64,000 nucleotides of DNA, taken from a virus. How positions within the stretch are numbered: the stretch's first letter is position 1; each line of letters starts with the position of its first letter. Below are positions 62,144 to 64,000 of the stretch, piece after piece. The stretch covers positions 32,001-96,000 of IMG/VR virus record IMGVR_UViG_3300045988_151219; one strand, written 5' to 3'. Position numbers and translations under genes: made by a program. The notes beneath the pieces were generated by a model, which was not told the origin of the DNA, did no database searches, and worked only from the letters and a program-made list of their open reading frames with translations.

Positions 62144-62972
62144 AGAATTTATCCTCAATAGTCTTAATCAACCAGGCTCTATCTTCTAAAGAGATACTCT
62201 CACTACGTTCTAATATCATAGGAATGTTATTCTCTAAACAATAATGAGCTATCCGTAAAAGTTGAAGTTGCAGTTTACCACTATTAATATACGTTTCTGA
62301 ATGCCTATCCAGATGTGACCCCTGCTTAACAAAATAAGGAATTGAGTTTAAGTGAACCAAAGAAGCATTGCTTAAAACCTTGTTCAAATAAGTCTTGTCT
62401 GTTAAGTCATCTCCATCAGCGTAAGCATGTTCCGTATCATATGTTATATATACGTTTTTGTAGTTTCCCTGTAACTGGAGTAAGTTCTTTACTACACCTA
62501 TCTTAGTAGACTTTTTAGACCCTGGGTCGTTCTCATAAGTAAATTTTATTTTCTTTGAGCTTTGTCTATAAAATTCCTGACTAATATAAGAAAGCTCTTT
62601 GATATTTTCCTCATAAGACAGTTCAGGATTATATGCTCCGCAATGAGATACAAGATAAATGTTTATTCCATACTTGTCTACCATAAAAGACATTTTCTTA
62701 TCTATATCTAAACAGTATTTTAAGATAAAAGCTTTATGAGTTTCTTTAATAAGAGTAAAAATAAAAGGTAAATGTATTACTATATTCACATTATCACTTG
62801 AACTTTTATTCTTTACAAGATATTTACTCATTTCTAAGAATCGCTGATATCTCGGAACTTCCCATTGTGTAGGTGAAGATAAAAACATTTGAAACGTTCT
62901 TACTCCTTGAGTAAAAGCTTCTTTAAAGAAATCTACATTATCAACATGTACTCCGATTAAGTCGTACTGCAT
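62130..62972 (-). CDS. nfo: Endonuclease IV-family AP endonuclease
   Basis: IGVHVD, FQMFLSSPTQW, YLVSHCGAY, YENDPGS, TYDTEHAYADGDDL, VHLNS....GSHLDRHSE and IPMILER parallel E. coli Nfo IGAHVS, FALFTKNQRQW, LNFHPGSH, IENTAGQGS, CIDTCHAFAAGYDL, MHLND....GSRVDRHHS and IPLILET. Confidence 0.85.
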   Translation of the reverse strand: MQYDLIGVHVDNVDFFKEAFTQGVRTFQMFLSSPTQWEVPRYQRFLEMSKYLVKNKSSSDNVNIVIHLPFIFTLIKETHKAFILKYCLDIDKKMSFMVDKYGINIYLVSHCGAYNPELSYEENIKELSYISQEFYRQSSKKIKFTYENDPGSKKSTKIGVVKNLLQLQGNYKNVYITYDTEHAYADGDDLTDKTYLNKVLSNASLVHLNSIPYFVKQGSHLDRHSETYINSGKLQLQLLRIAHYCLENNIPMILERSESISLEDRAWLIKTIEDKFYAAK

Positions 62973-64000
62973 ACCTTGCCCTCTTTTTTCTGTGACTTAG
63001 CTCTTATATCATAAATAGCATTTTTAAGCTCATCAGCCTTATCCGTTTTCTCCCACGGGAAAATAACATTTCCAAAGAACCCTATTTTAGCCGTCATAGC
63101 ATAATTCCAATCTGTAGGATGTCTTAAGTTAAGCTCTCTTTCTATCCCTGCCGGCGTTAAGTCAAATACCTGTCTAACTGCTCTTAAGATAATAGATGTA
63201 GGTATGTCTGATGTTCCAAAGCATTTTATATTAACGGAACAGGGATTTTCTACACCAATAGCATAAGAAAGCTGTACTTCTACTTTATGAACAAGACCGG
63301 AAGCTACTAAATTCTTTGCTACATATCTTGCCATTAATGCTCCTGATATATCCTGCTTGGTCGGGTCTTTACCATTCATAGAACCCCCACCAGCCGGAAA
63401 ATACATACCATAAGAATCTACAATAATTTTTCTTCCTGTTAATCCAGAATCTACAGCCGGACCAAACTCTGTAAATGACCCTGTAGGATTGATATAAAAT
63501 CTCTTAACATCTTTAATATCAAATCCGCTTGACTGTAATATCGGTGCAATGATTGTCTCTTTTACTCTTTTCCTTAACTCTGTTATTCCTATGTCTTTTG
63601 TTGAAGCTATAGAAATAACCACCGTGTCTACAATAAGTTTTTCTAATCCTCTATTATATCTTATTGTTACTTGAGCTTTTCCATCAGGATAAAAGGGATT
63701 GCCTAAATCAGCTAAAGCTACCTCGGTCATTCTGCATGTAAGCTTTCTTGCTAATTCAATAGGCAGCGGCATAAAGTTAGGTGTTTCATCAATAGCTCCC
63801 CCACATACTAACCCCTGGTCACCCGCTCCCTGTGTTTCAGACTGCTTTCCTCTAACATAAGTATCTTCAACACCTTGGTTAATCTCTTCTGATTGATTAG
63901 TTACTCTTACTTCTATTGATACTGTGTCATAACTAAAGCCTTTAGATGGGTCTATATAACCTAATGATTTAATAGCTTCTCTTGCTACTTTTTCATAAAC
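62957..64000 (-). CDS. metK: S-adenosylmethionine synthetase (3' two-thirds; gene continues beyond the window end)
   Basis: Own translation shows the frame is open from 64000: ..INQGVED....ETQGAGDQGLVCGGAIDETPNFMPLPIELARKL... then GGGSMNGKDPTKQDISGALMARYVAKNLVASGL. These match MetK blocks INQGV, GAGDQGLMFGYA.NET...MP.PI and [27 protein letters not shown].VAAGL. Confidence 0.9.
   Translation of the reverse strand, partial: VYEKVAREAIKSLGYIDPSKGFSYDTVSIEVRVTNQSEEINQGVEDTYVRGKQSETQGAGDQGLVCGGAIDETPNFMPLPIELARKLTCRMTEVALADLGNPFYPDGKAQVTIRYNRGLEKLIVDTVVISIASTKDIGITELRKRVKETIIAPILQSSGFDIKDVKRFYINPTGSFTEFGPAVDSGLTGRKIIVDSYGMYFPAGGGSMNGKDPTKQDISGALMARYVAKNLVASGLVHKVEVQLSYAIGVENPCSVNIKCFGTSDIPTSIILRAVRQVFDLTPAGIERELNLRHPTDWNYAMTAKIGFFGNVIFPWEKTDKADELKNAIYDIRAKSQKKEGKVCSTT

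Noticed and set aside
1-64000. Integrated prophage or mobile island boundaries (integrase, att sites, flanking host genes)
   Set aside because: The window contains no integrase, recombinase, repressor or host housekeeping gene. The content is uniformly phage-like, with a single transcription direction.

Overview
This is a 64-kb, AT-rich (roughly 30% GC by eye) piece of a large myovirus genome with distant T4-like features. Every credible gene is on the minus strand. Genes are tightly packed, with ATGA or 0-4 nt junctions and AGGAGG-type RBS. All plus-strand ORFs in the track look like antisense shadows. In transcription order (high to low coordinates) there are two blocks. (1) DNA-metabolism and modification block: partial metK, endonuclease IV, HU-like protein, possible SSB, RuvC, RecA/UvsX-like recombinase, HD hydrolase, C5-cytosine MTase, SbcD plus an SbcC/Rad50 encoded as three genes, beta-clamp-like protein, a 1194-aa B12-binding/radical-SAM-like protein, Toprim protein, DnaX-like clamp loader, gp55-like sigma and two N6-adenine MTases. 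(2) Morphogenesis block: a 1116-aa modular repeat protein, TerL, portal, a ~13-kb accessory insertion, a gp21-like protease fused to scaffold, major capsid protein, six neck-sized genes, tail sheath, three genes sharing an N-terminal motif, small accessory and membrane genes, a homing endonuclease and a gp19-like tail tube. Main observations: (a) five inteins (three in TerL, one in the DnaX P-loop, one in the radical-SAM Cys motif) plus a free-standing degenerate Hint gene; (b) a six-gene tandem paralog array with a near-invariant C-terminal tail, next to a double-AAA+ (MoxR/dynein-like) ATPase and a vWA/HExxH protein, all lying between portal and prohead protease; (c) three consecutive genes with a shared N-terminal peptide ending in LNE, resembling a T4-type capsid-targeting/protease-cleavage signal; (d) two perfect sigma70-consensus promoters, each heading a small cassette that ends in a paralogous gene; (e) three loci broken by frameshifts (four of the five breaks at homopolymer runs of 5-7 nt, one at a GGG). 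No tRNA, rRNA, CRISPR array, integrase or reverse transcriptase was seen. All homology calls come from motif recognition by eye, not database searches.
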